Below, piece by piece: positions 8,614-16,183 of a stretch of DNA of 43,531 bases. Source of the stretch: a virus. Taxonomy: Duplodnaviria > Caudoviricetes. Numbering within the stretch: the first letter of the stretch is position 1; each line of letters starts with the position of its first letter. The stretch spans positions 1 to 43,531 of IMG/VR virus record IMGVR_UViG_3300049859_000211; one strand, 5' to 3'. Both the position numbers and the translations under genes were made by a program. The notes under the pieces were generated by a model. The model worked only from the letters and a program-made list of their open reading frames with translations. It was not told the DNA's origin and did no database searches.

Positions 8614-10083
8614 ATGACAAAACCGAAGCCAAAATGGGAACTAAAACGCCACCCGCGCATTAAAAAAACAATAACCGGGGAACCGGCGGCACCCCCTATA
8701 GCTCCATTACCCCACCCACCAAAACCCACACCTTTATACAAATATAAATCCCAGATACCCGCAACGGGAGGGGGGTGGTTCGAACCTACATCCCGCGGGT
8801 GGGTCCACGAAAGTAAGACCTCCAAATCCCTCCACCGGACCGGGGGTATGTATACGGGCCCTCTACATTTCCGCGCGTGCGACTTCGGGGGTGTAATCTT
8901 ATTACTCGACCAATACCACCGAAACCTCATGGACTTGGTCCACGGATACCCTTTATTAACCACGAACATAACGGAATCCGACGCATTTCACGTCTTCAAC
9001 GGAACCCCACAAGCTGTAAAAACGACGTTTATCCCCCTAGATGGTAATCCATTGAATCTGAACGAATCCAACGTGAGACAAGTACACGTTGATTGGTTAT
9101 CTACCGACCCCAACGTGTTTTTAATGCGACGTGGTCCTGTTAATATGGGACAATCGGCCAAGCCCGGAGGTATTAAACGTGTATCCCCAGGGCTACACAT
9201 TAAGTCAATAGGGGGGCCACTAAACGAATACTTGAAAATACACTCTGAACGAGACATCGCCTACTACCAAACCATCTTCCGAACGCTATTCTTACGGTCT
9301 AGACTCGAAATGGACGACTTTAAGTTGCTCGTAACCCAACACGAAAACTCACGTCTGTTTAAAGAAGCAAACGGATTCGTTCCAAAAGAATACTTCGAGC
9401 AAACAAACGATTACTTAAATCACCTAAAAGTAAACGACACGGCCAAAGCACTTTTACGCCCGGAGTCGATACCTTCCTTGAAGCGTTCCCACCACCGATA
9501 CCCCCTAACCGCCACACCCCACACCGAAGCGTGGCAGCACCCGCCCCGCGATGGCAGCGACTACACCCACGTAGACCGATACACCGACGGACACGTAGAA
9601 ACCTCAGTCTTCACCCCATACCCGGACGTGAAGGTGTTATTCGATACGTGTTTCGTGGAGTGGGTCCAATCCGAGTGCTTCGTTCCGAGACTGAAGTTGT
9701 GTCTCACTAGAAACACCCGGAAAATAACTATTTCGAACGGCGTGCGGTTAATAAAAGAAAATCACAAAACCGAAGACTTAATGCGTTTATACAAAATATT
9801 CTACGACCCAGACCGCGACCACACGGGGGACGATATCGTCCCCGCCGACTTTTTACCCCCACCACCGAACGACGGTAAGAAATGGGTGTTAACCCCTTAC
9901 ATCCCGTGGCCGGGACATCACATGCCTGGGTGGACGGACGACGAAGATTATTGCGAAGACCCAGAAAAGTATTACGTGATCGACTACCGAGTTAATGCCA
10001 TCCGATGGCGCAACGGAGGGAATTATTTACCCCGTCGCCCATTATCCACGTATACGTTATTCAAATTCGAAGAAGATGCTTGA
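8614..10083 (+). CDS. Hypothetical 489-aa protein with a Pro-rich N-terminus
   Basis: Long ORF with AGGA RBS downstream of a consensus promoter; no motif recognised. Confidence 0.75.
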   Translation: MTKPKPKWELKRHPRIKKTITGEPAAPPIAPLPHPPKPTPLYKYKSQIPATGGGWFEPTSRGWVHESKTSKSLHRTGGMYTGPLHFRACDFGGVILLLDQYHRNLMDLVHGYPLLTTNITESDAFHVFNGTPQAVKTTFIPLDGNPLNLNESNVRQVHVDWLSTDPNVFLMRRGPVNMGQSAKPGGIKRVSPGLHIKSIGGPLNEYLKIHSERDIAYYQTIFRTLFLRSRLEMDDFKLLVTQHENSRLFKEANGFVPKEYFEQTNDYLNHLKVNDTAKALLRPESIPSLKRSHHRYPLTATPHTEAWQHPPRDGSDYTHVDRYTDGHVETSVFTPYPDVKVLFDTCFVEWVQSECFVPRLKLCLTRNTRKITISNGVRLIKENHKTEDLMRLYKIFYDPDRDHTGDDIVPADFLPPPPNDGKKWVLTPYIPWPGHHMPGWTDDEDYCEDPEKYYVIDYRVNAIRWRNGGNYLPRRPLSTYTLFKFEEDA

Positions 10084-10108
10084 CTTCAAAACACAGATCA
10101 CTTACATT
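10080..10108 (+). promoter_or_regulatory. Sigma70 promoter with an ACAGATCAC spacer motif
   Basis: TTGACT-N17-TACATT. Confidence 0.6.
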
Positions 10109-10165
10109 ATTTTTACCGGGGTCGTGAGAATCACCTTCACCCGGCAACACGAAAAGGGTAAACAC

Positions 10166-10522
10166 ATGCGAACCAAACAAGAAATCCAAGCTGAAATCGA
10201 AAAACTCCAAGCCGAATTCTCCGAAGCCGAGAAACGCACCGAAGGAAAGTTCGTCCTGGTTCACTCCACACGATACGGGGTGTTTTGTGGGTATTTAATC
10301 GCCAAGTCCGGAGACGAAGTTGTCTTAGGACGATGCCGTAAAATCTTCCGTTGGCGCGGAGCGAACACTCTCCGAGAAGTGGCCCTTCACGGAGTCGATT
10401 TAAAAAACCGCACCCGCCTATCCGAGTGCGTAGACGAACAATTCATCCTAGACGTAGGTCAGATTATTCCTTGTAAGCCCGAAGCGGTGGTCATCTTAGA
10501 CCAAGCCGTCTGGAACGCTTAA
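10166..10522 (+). CDS. DUF6948-like small beta-barrel protein (start MRTKQ)
   Basis: VLVHSTRYGVFCGYL..DEVVL..CRKIFRWRGANTLREVALHG..IIPC pattern recalled for this phage family, which is often adjacent to GxG-repeat ORFs. Confidence 0.65.
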   Translation: MRTKQEIQAEIEKLQAEFSEAEKRTEGKFVLVHSTRYGVFCGYLIAKSGDEVVLGRCRKIFRWRGANTLREVALHGVDLKNRTRLSECVDEQFILDVGQIIPCKPEAVVILDQAVWNA

Positions 10523-10527
10523 CCTCC

Positions 10528-10552
10528 GACCCTCCCAGGAGGGTCTTTTTTT
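10528..10552 (+). terminator. Intrinsic terminator
   Basis: GACCCTC-ccag-GAGGGTC followed by a T7 run. Confidence 0.8.
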
Positions 10553-10570
10553 ATTACACGAGAGGATATT

Positions 10571-10939
10571 ATGACGATAAAAAATGAATACGACGGCTAC
10601 GGCAACGGCGACGGCTCCGGAGACGGCTCCGGCAACGGCGACGGAAACGGAAACGGCGACGGCTACGGCAACGGCTACGTCGACGGCGACGGAAACGGCT
10701 ACGGCTCCGGAGACGGCTCCGGCAACGGCGACGGCTACGGCTACAGCGACGGCGACGGCTACGTCGACGGCGACGGAAACGGCTACGGCTACGGCTACGG
10801 CGACGGAAACGGAAACGGCGACGGAAACGGCGACGGCGACGGCGACGGCGACGGCTACGGAGACGGATACGGCCACGGTGAAGAACCGACTTGGTTAGAT
10901 GTGCGACTCACGAGAGGATTTTATGACGATAAAAAATGA
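10571..10939 (+). CDS. (Gly-X)n repeat protein G1
   Basis: GAGG RBS; MTIKNEY-(GX)n-EEPTWLDVRLTRGFYDDKK. Confidence 0.8.
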   Translation: MTIKNEYDGYGNGDGSGDGSGNGDGNGNGDGYGNGYVDGDGNGYGSGDGSGNGDGYGYSDGDGYVDGDGNGYGYGYGDGNGNGDGNGDGDGDGDGYGDGYGHGEEPTWLDVRLTRGFYDDKK

Positions 10940-11033
10940 ATTCGACGGCAACGGAGACGGCCACGGCGACGGCGAGGAACCTCCGTGGTTAGATGTAAAA
11001 CTAACGAAAGGATTTTATGACGATAAAAAATGA
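10923..11033 (+). CDS. (Gly-X)n repeat protein G2, minimal 36-aa copy
   Basis: Below the ORF-track cutoff. MTIKNEFDGNGDGHGDGEEPPWLDVKLTKGFYDDKK; overlaps both neighbours by 17 nt. Confidence 0.75.
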   Translation: MTIKNEFDGNGDGHGDGEEPPWLDVKLTKGFYDDKK

Positions 11034-11340
11034 ATACGACGGCTACGGCGACGGCTACGGCGACGGCTACGGCTACGGCTACGGCTACGGCGACGGCTCC
11101 GGAGACGGCGACGGCGACGGCTCCGGAGACGGCGACGGAAACGGCGACGGAAACGGCGACGGAAACGGCGACGGAAACGGCTACGGCGACGGCTACGGCT
11201 ACGGCGACGGCGACGGCTTCGGCGACGGCTTCGGCTACGGCGACGGAAACGGAAACGGCGACGGCGACGGCGACGGCTACGGAGACGGTGAAGAACCCGT
11301 GTGGTTAGATGTAAAACTAACGAGAGGATATTACGAATGA
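11017..11340 (+). CDS. (Gly-X)n repeat protein G3
   Basis: MTIKNEY-(GX)n-EEPVWLDVKLTRGYYE. Confidence 0.8.
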   Translation: MTIKNEYDGYGDGYGDGYGYGYGYGDGSGDGDGDGSGDGDGNGDGNGDGNGDGNGYGDGYGYGDGDGFGDGFGYGDGNGNGDGDGDGYGDGEEPVWLDVKLTRGYYE

Positions 11341-11344
11341 ATGA

Positions 11345-11370
11345 AACCCGCTTCCGGCGGGCTTTTGTTT
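11345..11370 (+). terminator. Intrinsic terminator, possibly bidirectional
   Basis: aaaCCCGC-ttccg-GCGGGcttttgttt between convergent genes. Confidence 0.7.
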
Positions 11371-11383
11371 AGGAGGGTTTACA

Positions 11384-12016
11384 TCACCCGGAAAAATTAC
11401 CCAACACTCCGTCAACCGCTCCCACTTCTAAAGCCTCATCCGCACGCATAAACCATCCCTCGGACCCCGTTTTTCCTCGGTAGTGTCCCCTACACTCTTC
11501 TACGCTGATTGTCATCCGCGCACATTGAATAAGAGCCATAGCGTCGTTCATCGTTGTCAACTTTATCGCGGTAGCCAGGTGTTCTTCCGCCGAACCCGCA
11601 CCCAAAGCCACAGCCTCGTGAACCATCACTTTACTACCGACGGTCATGAGCCTGGTTTTGCATTGTTGCAAAATAAAGAAACCAGCGGAAAACGCGGACC
11701 CGTCTACCACACACGTTCGTTCACCCACGAGCTTTGCTATACGGGTGGCGGCCATAACCGAGCCTCCTTGTGTGTTAATCACCACTACGGATGGATTATA
11801 AATACGGACCGCCGCCTCCATAGCGTCTGCCATGTCTTGGGTGATTTGCCCCTCTAACCGAACCGCCATTTCCCCGGTGTTAAGTGTGTAAGACATCACA
11901 CGGTAGACCGGCGCTTCCAGGAATTGACACCCATCACACCCCTTCTTCGGGGCGGGGGCTGAAGCACACCCAAACGTCAAAGCCAATACGACAAACATGC
12001 GCGAAAGTGAACTCAT
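11384..12016 (-). CDS. ClpP/crotonase-fold serine peptidase with a lipoprotein-type signal peptide
   Basis: INTQGGSV, SAFSAGFFI (catalytic Ser) and VMVHE (His); N-terminus RMFVVLALTFG-C. Confidence 0.7.
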   Translation of the reverse strand: MSSLSRMFVVLALTFGCASAPAPKKGCDGCQFLEAPVYRVMSYTLNTGEMAVRLEGQITQDMADAMEAAVRIYNPSVVVINTQGGSVMAATRIAKLVGERTCVVDGSAFSAGFFILQQCKTRLMTVGSKVMVHEAVALGAGSAEEHLATAIKLTTMNDAMALIQCARMTISVEECRGHYRGKTGSEGWFMRADEALEVGAVDGVLGNFSG

Positions 12017-12193
12017 AGTTAAGTTCTCCGTAGTGCGGCGAGATACCGCGTACCTTCAGTATATTTTTTTTAAAAAAATTTGGTATCGGTATTTTTACCG
12101 ATTGACGGCACCCTTTTTATTTTCCTACCCCCCCCCTACGTCGATGGAAAACCCGGGGATGACTGGGGTTGCACATGCCGCCCACCCAACACG

Positions 12194-12246
12194 AACCGAC
12201 CGGTCGGTTGCGGAATTTTTTATCCACGATTCGACCGGTCGGTTGC
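12194..12246. repeat. Palindromic site, duplicated
   Basis: Perfect 16-bp palindrome AACCGACCGGTCGGTT at 12194-12209; CGACCGGTCGGTTGC recurs at 12232-12246. Confidence 0.8.
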
Positions 12247-12350
12247 AATGAGCTAAAAATAATATAACGACCGATAGAAATAATAAATACGGCTTCACAA
12301 TACGACACCCGATTCCAACGTGGTATCGGCATCGGCCTTAGGAAGCACTG

Positions 12351-12445
12351 GGGTGCGGGTGCGGGTGCGGTATGGCTGCGGTATGGCTGCGGTATGGCTG
12401 CGGTGTGGCTGCCGTGCGGTGTGGCTGCCGTGCGGTGTGGCTGCG
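12351..12445. repeat. Tandem repeats (GGGTGC)3 then GCGGT(A/G)TGGCT x6
   Basis: Read directly from the sequence. Confidence 0.85.
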
Positions 12446-12684
12446 GCTATGGTATCGGCCAGGCGGCTAGCGGTGTGGTATGCGGTGCGGTTGTCGTCGT
12501 CGTCGGGTATTGACGCGTTGCGTCGTGGATTTGATCGGTATATGGATCGCATCCGGATGCGGTTTTGGGCCTGGGTCATTTTTGACCCACCTCACATGGA
12601 GTATACCAGATATAGTAGATCACCGCTACCAACACCCCCTATATCACACTATATGTAGTGATATGGCACACGTGCGTCATACCG

Positions 12685-12990
12685 CTACTGCAATTCAGCG
12701 CAGTAGTCGGCATCGTATAGGTGGACCAATGTAGTGTGGCCGTTGTAGCTGCAAGTATACAAACCGTTAGGCAAAAACGCCTCAGTGCGTAAGTCGGACT
12801 GTAGCCACTGGCCGCGTGCAGCGCCTTCTTTGGTGAGCTGTATGGTTCTCTTCTGGCAATCCACTACACCGAAACCCTTAATACGGCTAGGGCGTGCCTT
12901 ATGTTTGGCCGCTTGTGTGCACGTGTAGCACACTTCAGTCGCATCAGAAGTAGGCTTGTGGTTGCAATGGCGGTAGGTGTATGTTTTCAT
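12685..12990 (-). CDS. His/Cys-rich hypothetical protein, paralogue of 14841-15224
   Basis: TYRHCNHKPT, CYTCT, LPNGLY and LYDAD shared with 14841-15224; GGAG RBS. Confidence 0.8.
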   Translation of the reverse strand: MKTYTYRHCNHKPTSDATEVCYTCTQAAKHKARPSRIKGFGVVDCQKRTIQLTKEGAARGQWLQSDLRTEAFLPNGLYTCSYNGHTTLVHLYDADYCAELQ

Positions 12991-13010
12991 GACTTTCTCC
13001 GTTGTAGTGG

Positions 13011-13045
13011 TTAGCGGTTAGCGGTTAGCGGTTAGCGGTTAGCGG
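13011..13045. repeat. (TTAGCGG)5 heptamer repeat
   Basis: Read directly; intergenic. Confidence 0.9.
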
Positions 13046-13046
13046 G

Positions 13047-13334
13047 TTAAGGTCTGGCCGTAAAGACTACTGTATTATCTGGCTGGATATAACCAACCCA
13101 GTAGCCGTCATTACTGACGGTAGGTAAGTCCCACACTACGCGGCTTTTACTGTCGTTATCTATACGCCCTGTGCACACTTCTAAGCACTTTTTGTGGGTA
13201 GCACGAATGCGGGTATAGTCCATGTCTGTTGCGCGGGCTATCTTACGGGTAAAAGTGCGATACTGCATAGAGTGCAGGCCAGTTGCGGTGATTGAGTCGC
13301 GGTGCGATTTCTCAGCGAGTGCTATGCGGTTCAT
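13047..13334 (-). CDS. Hypothetical protein
   Basis: Leader CACTACAACGGAGAA shared with the 12990 gene. Confidence 0.7.
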   Translation of the reverse strand: MNRIALAEKSHRDSITATGLHSMQYRTFTRKIARATDMDYTRIRATHKKCLEVCTGRIDNDSKSRVVWDLPTVSNDGYWVGYIQPDNTVVFTARP

Positions 13335-13447
13335 TGTGTTCTCCGTTGTAGTGTAGTGGTTAGCGGTAAACTAAGCGAAAACTAGCCCGTCGCTATCGAC
13401 CGAGTAGTTCGGTTCAGTATCGAACGCCAAGCGGCACGGCGTTGAGG

Positions 13448-13651
13448 TTAGAGGCTATCAATAGCTAGCGCTAAATCGGTGTTGCCTTTTGCTTGAGCCT
13501 GCTGAAAAGCAAGGCGTTTGATATCCGATTGATCGGTGCGTTGATCAACGTGAAAACAGTCTACCGCATATCCGCCTAGGTAAACGACTACGAGTCGTGT
13601 GTTGCGGTCAGGGCGAGAAACAGCGAATGAGGCCTTTTTAGAGTTTTTCAT
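13448..13651 (-). CDS. Hypothetical protein
   Basis: ATAGGAG RBS; first gene of the leftward arm of the island. Confidence 0.7.
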   Translation of the reverse strand: MKNSKKASFAVSRPDRNTRLVVVYLGGYAVDCFHVDQRTDQSDIKRLAFQQAQAKGNTDLALAIDSL

Positions 13652-13786
13652 ATTCAGCTCCTATTATTAGTATCGGCTCGATCCGAAGAAAGTAAAGCAG
13701 ATCCCTCATTTTTTTCACGCGGATCCAGGATTATCGTGGATCCGTGTCGGACATTGATAGACACTCCCACAACGCTTTTTCAGCAC

Positions 13787-13815
13787 TTGACTCTTGCCCG
13801 AGATCGATCTATCTT
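13787..13815 (+). promoter_or_regulatory. Sigma70 promoter
   Basis: TTGACT-N17-TATCTT; the spacer contains GATCGATC. Confidence 0.7.
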
Positions 13816-13841
13816 AGATCACCCCCACATAGGGGGCTACG

Positions 13842-14027
13842 ATGCTCGCTTCACTTTTCGCCCTTGCCCTGGCCACTACCACCACCACCACCACAGCCCT
13901 AGCCATAGCATCCGGATGCGATCCTGACTGTGTCGAAGCTTACCCCGTCGGAGAGGGCTTGTGTTGTGATGTCGATCACGACGCGAATTGTCAATCGACA
14001 GACCGAACAGACGTTTGTTGTTACTAA
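13842..14027 (+). CDS. Small exported Cys-rich protein or lipoprotein
   Basis: Hydrophobic leader with a poly-Thr tract, IASG-C lipobox-like motif, and 7 Cys in 37 residues. Confidence 0.6.
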   Translation: MLASLFALALATTTTTTTALAIASGCDPDCVEAYPVGEGLCCDVDHDANCQSTDRTDVCCY

Positions 14028-14073
14028 CCCACACACCCCCACACACCCACACACCCCGATAGGAGATAAGCAC

Positions 14074-14328
14074 ATGCCATACATCGTAAAAGACACACTC
14101 GGACGCACTTCCGCCGCCAAGAACCTACGTGAAGCGAAGCGCTTGGCTTTACGTGGAACTGGATCCAAACGGGCCTTCACGTGCGGCTGGTTTTTAGTCC
14201 CACAAGGAGACGTCGACGTCCAACAGACACTCGTGTGGTCGTCAAAAAAAGAAGCACACAACGACGACGGCCGTAGGTCCGTGGCTTCTATCACACGAAC
14301 CGTCCACGTGGTCGGAGGTGATCAATGA
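14074..14328 (+). CDS. Hypothetical protein (start MPYIVKD)
   Basis: ATAGGAG RBS at about 14060; ATGA overlap with the next gene. Confidence 0.65.
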   Translation: MPYIVKDTLGRTSAAKNLREAKRLALRGTGSKRAFTCGWFLVPQGDVDVQQTLVWSSKKEAHNDDGRRSVASITRTVHVVGGDQ

Positions 14329-14519
14329 ACCGCACGGTAGAAACGTTAACGTGGGTAGCACAACAAGACCCACACGATCTAGCGCGGTTGCTTAAGCACT
14401 CCCGTTCGGACGGATGCTTGGTGCTCGTCGCACTAGCCGCGGAATGCAATCACCCGATCGGGCCTATCGCGCTACGCGTAGCGCTGGATACGCTTCGGAT
14501 CTTGGATCCACGTCAATAA
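14325..14519 (+). CDS. Hypothetical protein
   Basis: GGAGGT RBS, coupled to the upstream gene. Confidence 0.65.
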   Translation: MNRTVETLTWVAQQDPHDLARLLKHSRSDGCLVLVALAAECNHPIGPIALRVALDTLRILDPRQ

Positions 14520-14527
14520 CCACACAC

Positions 14528-14556
14528 AACCCCGCTCGATAGCTGGGGTTTTTTTC
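14528..14556 (+). terminator. Intrinsic terminator (copy 1)
   Basis: AACCCCGCT-CGAT-AGCtGGGGTT followed by a T-run. Confidence 0.7.
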
Positions 14557-14612
14557 GGATCCATCCTTTACTTCCCTGGATCCGTGCCGCAGTATTAATT
14601 ATAGGAGATAAC

Positions 14613-14801
14613 ATGAACGCAATCGACCTCGAAAAAAGATGTGAGCGACTCAACGCCGAACGCGGCGTGAAAACCACGCGGACCCGTGCAGACATTAATT
14701 TCGAGCTGGCGCTTTTTAAGTTGCCGATCCGTGAGCCTATCCGTCCCGCAAAGCCAGTCCCAGACCGAGACTTGCGTCTGGAACCGACCAAAGTCGGATA
14801 A
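14613..14801 (+). CDS. Hypothetical basic protein
   Basis: ATAGGAG RBS. Confidence 0.65.
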   Translation: MNAIDLEKRCERLNAERGVKTTRTRADINFELALFKLPIREPIRPAKPVPDRDLRLEPTKVG

Positions 14802-14840
14802 CTTCAACCCCCACACAACCCCTCACCATAGGAGATCACG

Positions 14841-15224
14841 ATGCCGAAATTCACATACGCCCATTGCAATCACAAACCTACACACCACAACCACTACCAC
14901 CACGACTCTGCGGACGAGTGTTATGTGTGCACCAAGACCTCACACAATTGCGCCAGGCCATTCATCCGAGTGGTTGGCCTGGGTAAGGTAGACCTGCACG
15001 GAATCTCAAAACACGTATTTTTAAACCGATCGGCCGAATGGATGACACTATCCGACTTAAAAACCGCGTTGAAGGAGGCATACCTACCGAACGGTTTGTA
15101 TTGGATATCTACCGTCAGCAATATACATTTCACGTGTGTTGAGTTATACGATCCTGATTGCAACGCAGCGCATAATGGCCGGAAACTACCGATACCCGAC
15201 GTCAAATTCAAAAAGGTAGGATAA
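14841..15224 (+). CDS. His/Cys-rich hypothetical protein, paralogue of 12685-12990
   Basis: TYAHCNHKPT, CYVCT, LPNGLY and LYDPD; ATAGGAG RBS. Confidence 0.8.
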   Translation: MPKFTYAHCNHKPTHHNHYHHDSADECYVCTKTSHNCARPFIRVVGLGKVDLHGISKHVFLNRSAEWMTLSDLKTALKEAYLPNGLYWISTVSNIHFTCVELYDPDCNAAHNGRKLPIPDVKFKKVG

Positions 15225-15228
15225 CTTC

Positions 15229-15255
15229 AACCCCGCTCGATAGCGGGGTTTTTTT
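15229..15255 (+). terminator. Intrinsic terminator (copy 2)
   Basis: AACCCCGCT-CGAT-AGCGGGGTT followed by a T-run. Confidence 0.85.
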
Positions 15256-15260
15256 CGTTG

Positions 15261-15344
15261 CGCAACCGATACCGCAACCGATACCGCAACCGATACCGCA
15301 ACCGATACCGCAACCGATACCGCAACCGATACCGCAACCTATAC
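15261..15344. repeat. (CGCAACCGATAC)7 tandem repeat
   Basis: Six perfect copies plus one variant. Confidence 0.95.
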
Positions 15345-15353
15345 CTAAAAAGC

Positions 15354-15427
15354 AGGCACGAAAAGTGCTACTTAGGGATTGACCTTAAGCAACGATCATG
15401 CCACTATAATTAGGTATGGTATATGCA
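15354..15427. promoter_or_regulatory. Cluster of sigma54-like -24/-12 elements
   Basis: AGGCACGaaaaGTGCT (+, 15354), TGGCATGatcgTTGCT (-, 15388-15403) and AGGTATGgtatATGCA (+, 15412); all are GG-N10-GC. Confidence 0.5.
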
Positions 15428-15761
15428 AATGGTTTTTTAGATCGCGTCCGGACGCGGTGGGTTTTTATGGCTTTGCAATCAGATATTTTTTCCATCGCAT
15501 TGCAATCTAAAAAAGTTGGCATGGTTTTTATACCCTGCGACCAATCGATTTATGTAGGACAGACCGAACGGTCCTCGCACAGTGCGAACGGTTGAATGAC
15601 ATGTCGCACCCCATAAATTGGCCCCCCCGCTCTATAAGAGTTGAGATCATTTCCAGCCACCAAATAGTTTTGGTGTGGGCTTGGGTGTGGTGTGGGGTGT
15701 GGGGTGGGCTGCGAATTTTAAAAAAATAAAATTTTAAAAATAAAAAATGGTATGGTTATAA

Positions 15762-16130
15762 ATGCCCACACCACACCCAGGCCGTAATATTTCTCCCGAA
15801 GCACTTCGTATTAGAGATACCTTGTTTCGTAATATCACCACACCACACATCATCGACTTAGAGTGTTATTGGTGTATTCGTGGCGACGTCATACACACCA
15901 ACACATCCGTATTAGATTTATTGTATTTTAAATCCCAAGAAGTGTGGCCTATACTAATAAAACGGTCCGCTGTAGTGGGGCAATTGTATTCTTCTTATTT
16001 AGTAAAATGCCCCATTACTCAACACCCACAGTTTGTGTGTTTAGCGAATGATATGTTTGTTGATGAAGGTGCTTTGTTATGGGATATGGCTAAGGTGTCT
16101 TTGGGTTATGAACTAAAACCCAACCCTTAA
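15762..16130 (+). CDS. Hypothetical protein
   Basis: ORF following an AT-rich tract. Confidence 0.55.
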   Translation: MPTPHPGRNISPEALRIRDTLFRNITTPHIIDLECYWCIRGDVIHTNTSVLDLLYFKSQEVWPILIKRSAVVGQLYSSYLVKCPITQHPQFVCLANDMFVDEGALLWDMAKVSLGYELKPNP

Positions 16131-16183
16131 TATTCCCACCCCACCCAATCCACACACCACACGAAGCTAAATCCGTAGCGGAT

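Noticed and set aside
10496-10876. Minus-strand Val-Ala repeat ORF
   Set aside because: Antisense shadow of G1.
5394-11340. Classical diversity-generating retroelement
   Set aside because: No reverse transcriptase or Avd and no TR/VR pair differing only at adenines; the cores differ by indels. It cannot be excluded outside the window.
10556-11340. CRISPR array
   Set aside because: The repeats are protein-coding, the spacers are low-complexity and vary several-fold in length, and there are no cas genes.
12295-12734. ORFs overlapping the GC-rich tandem repeats
   Set aside because: The frames are open because of the repeats and lack an RBS.
13371-13430. 19-codon minus-strand frame resembling a tmRNA tag (LAFDTEPNYSVDSDGLVFA)
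   Set aside because: No tRNA-like ends and no RBS.
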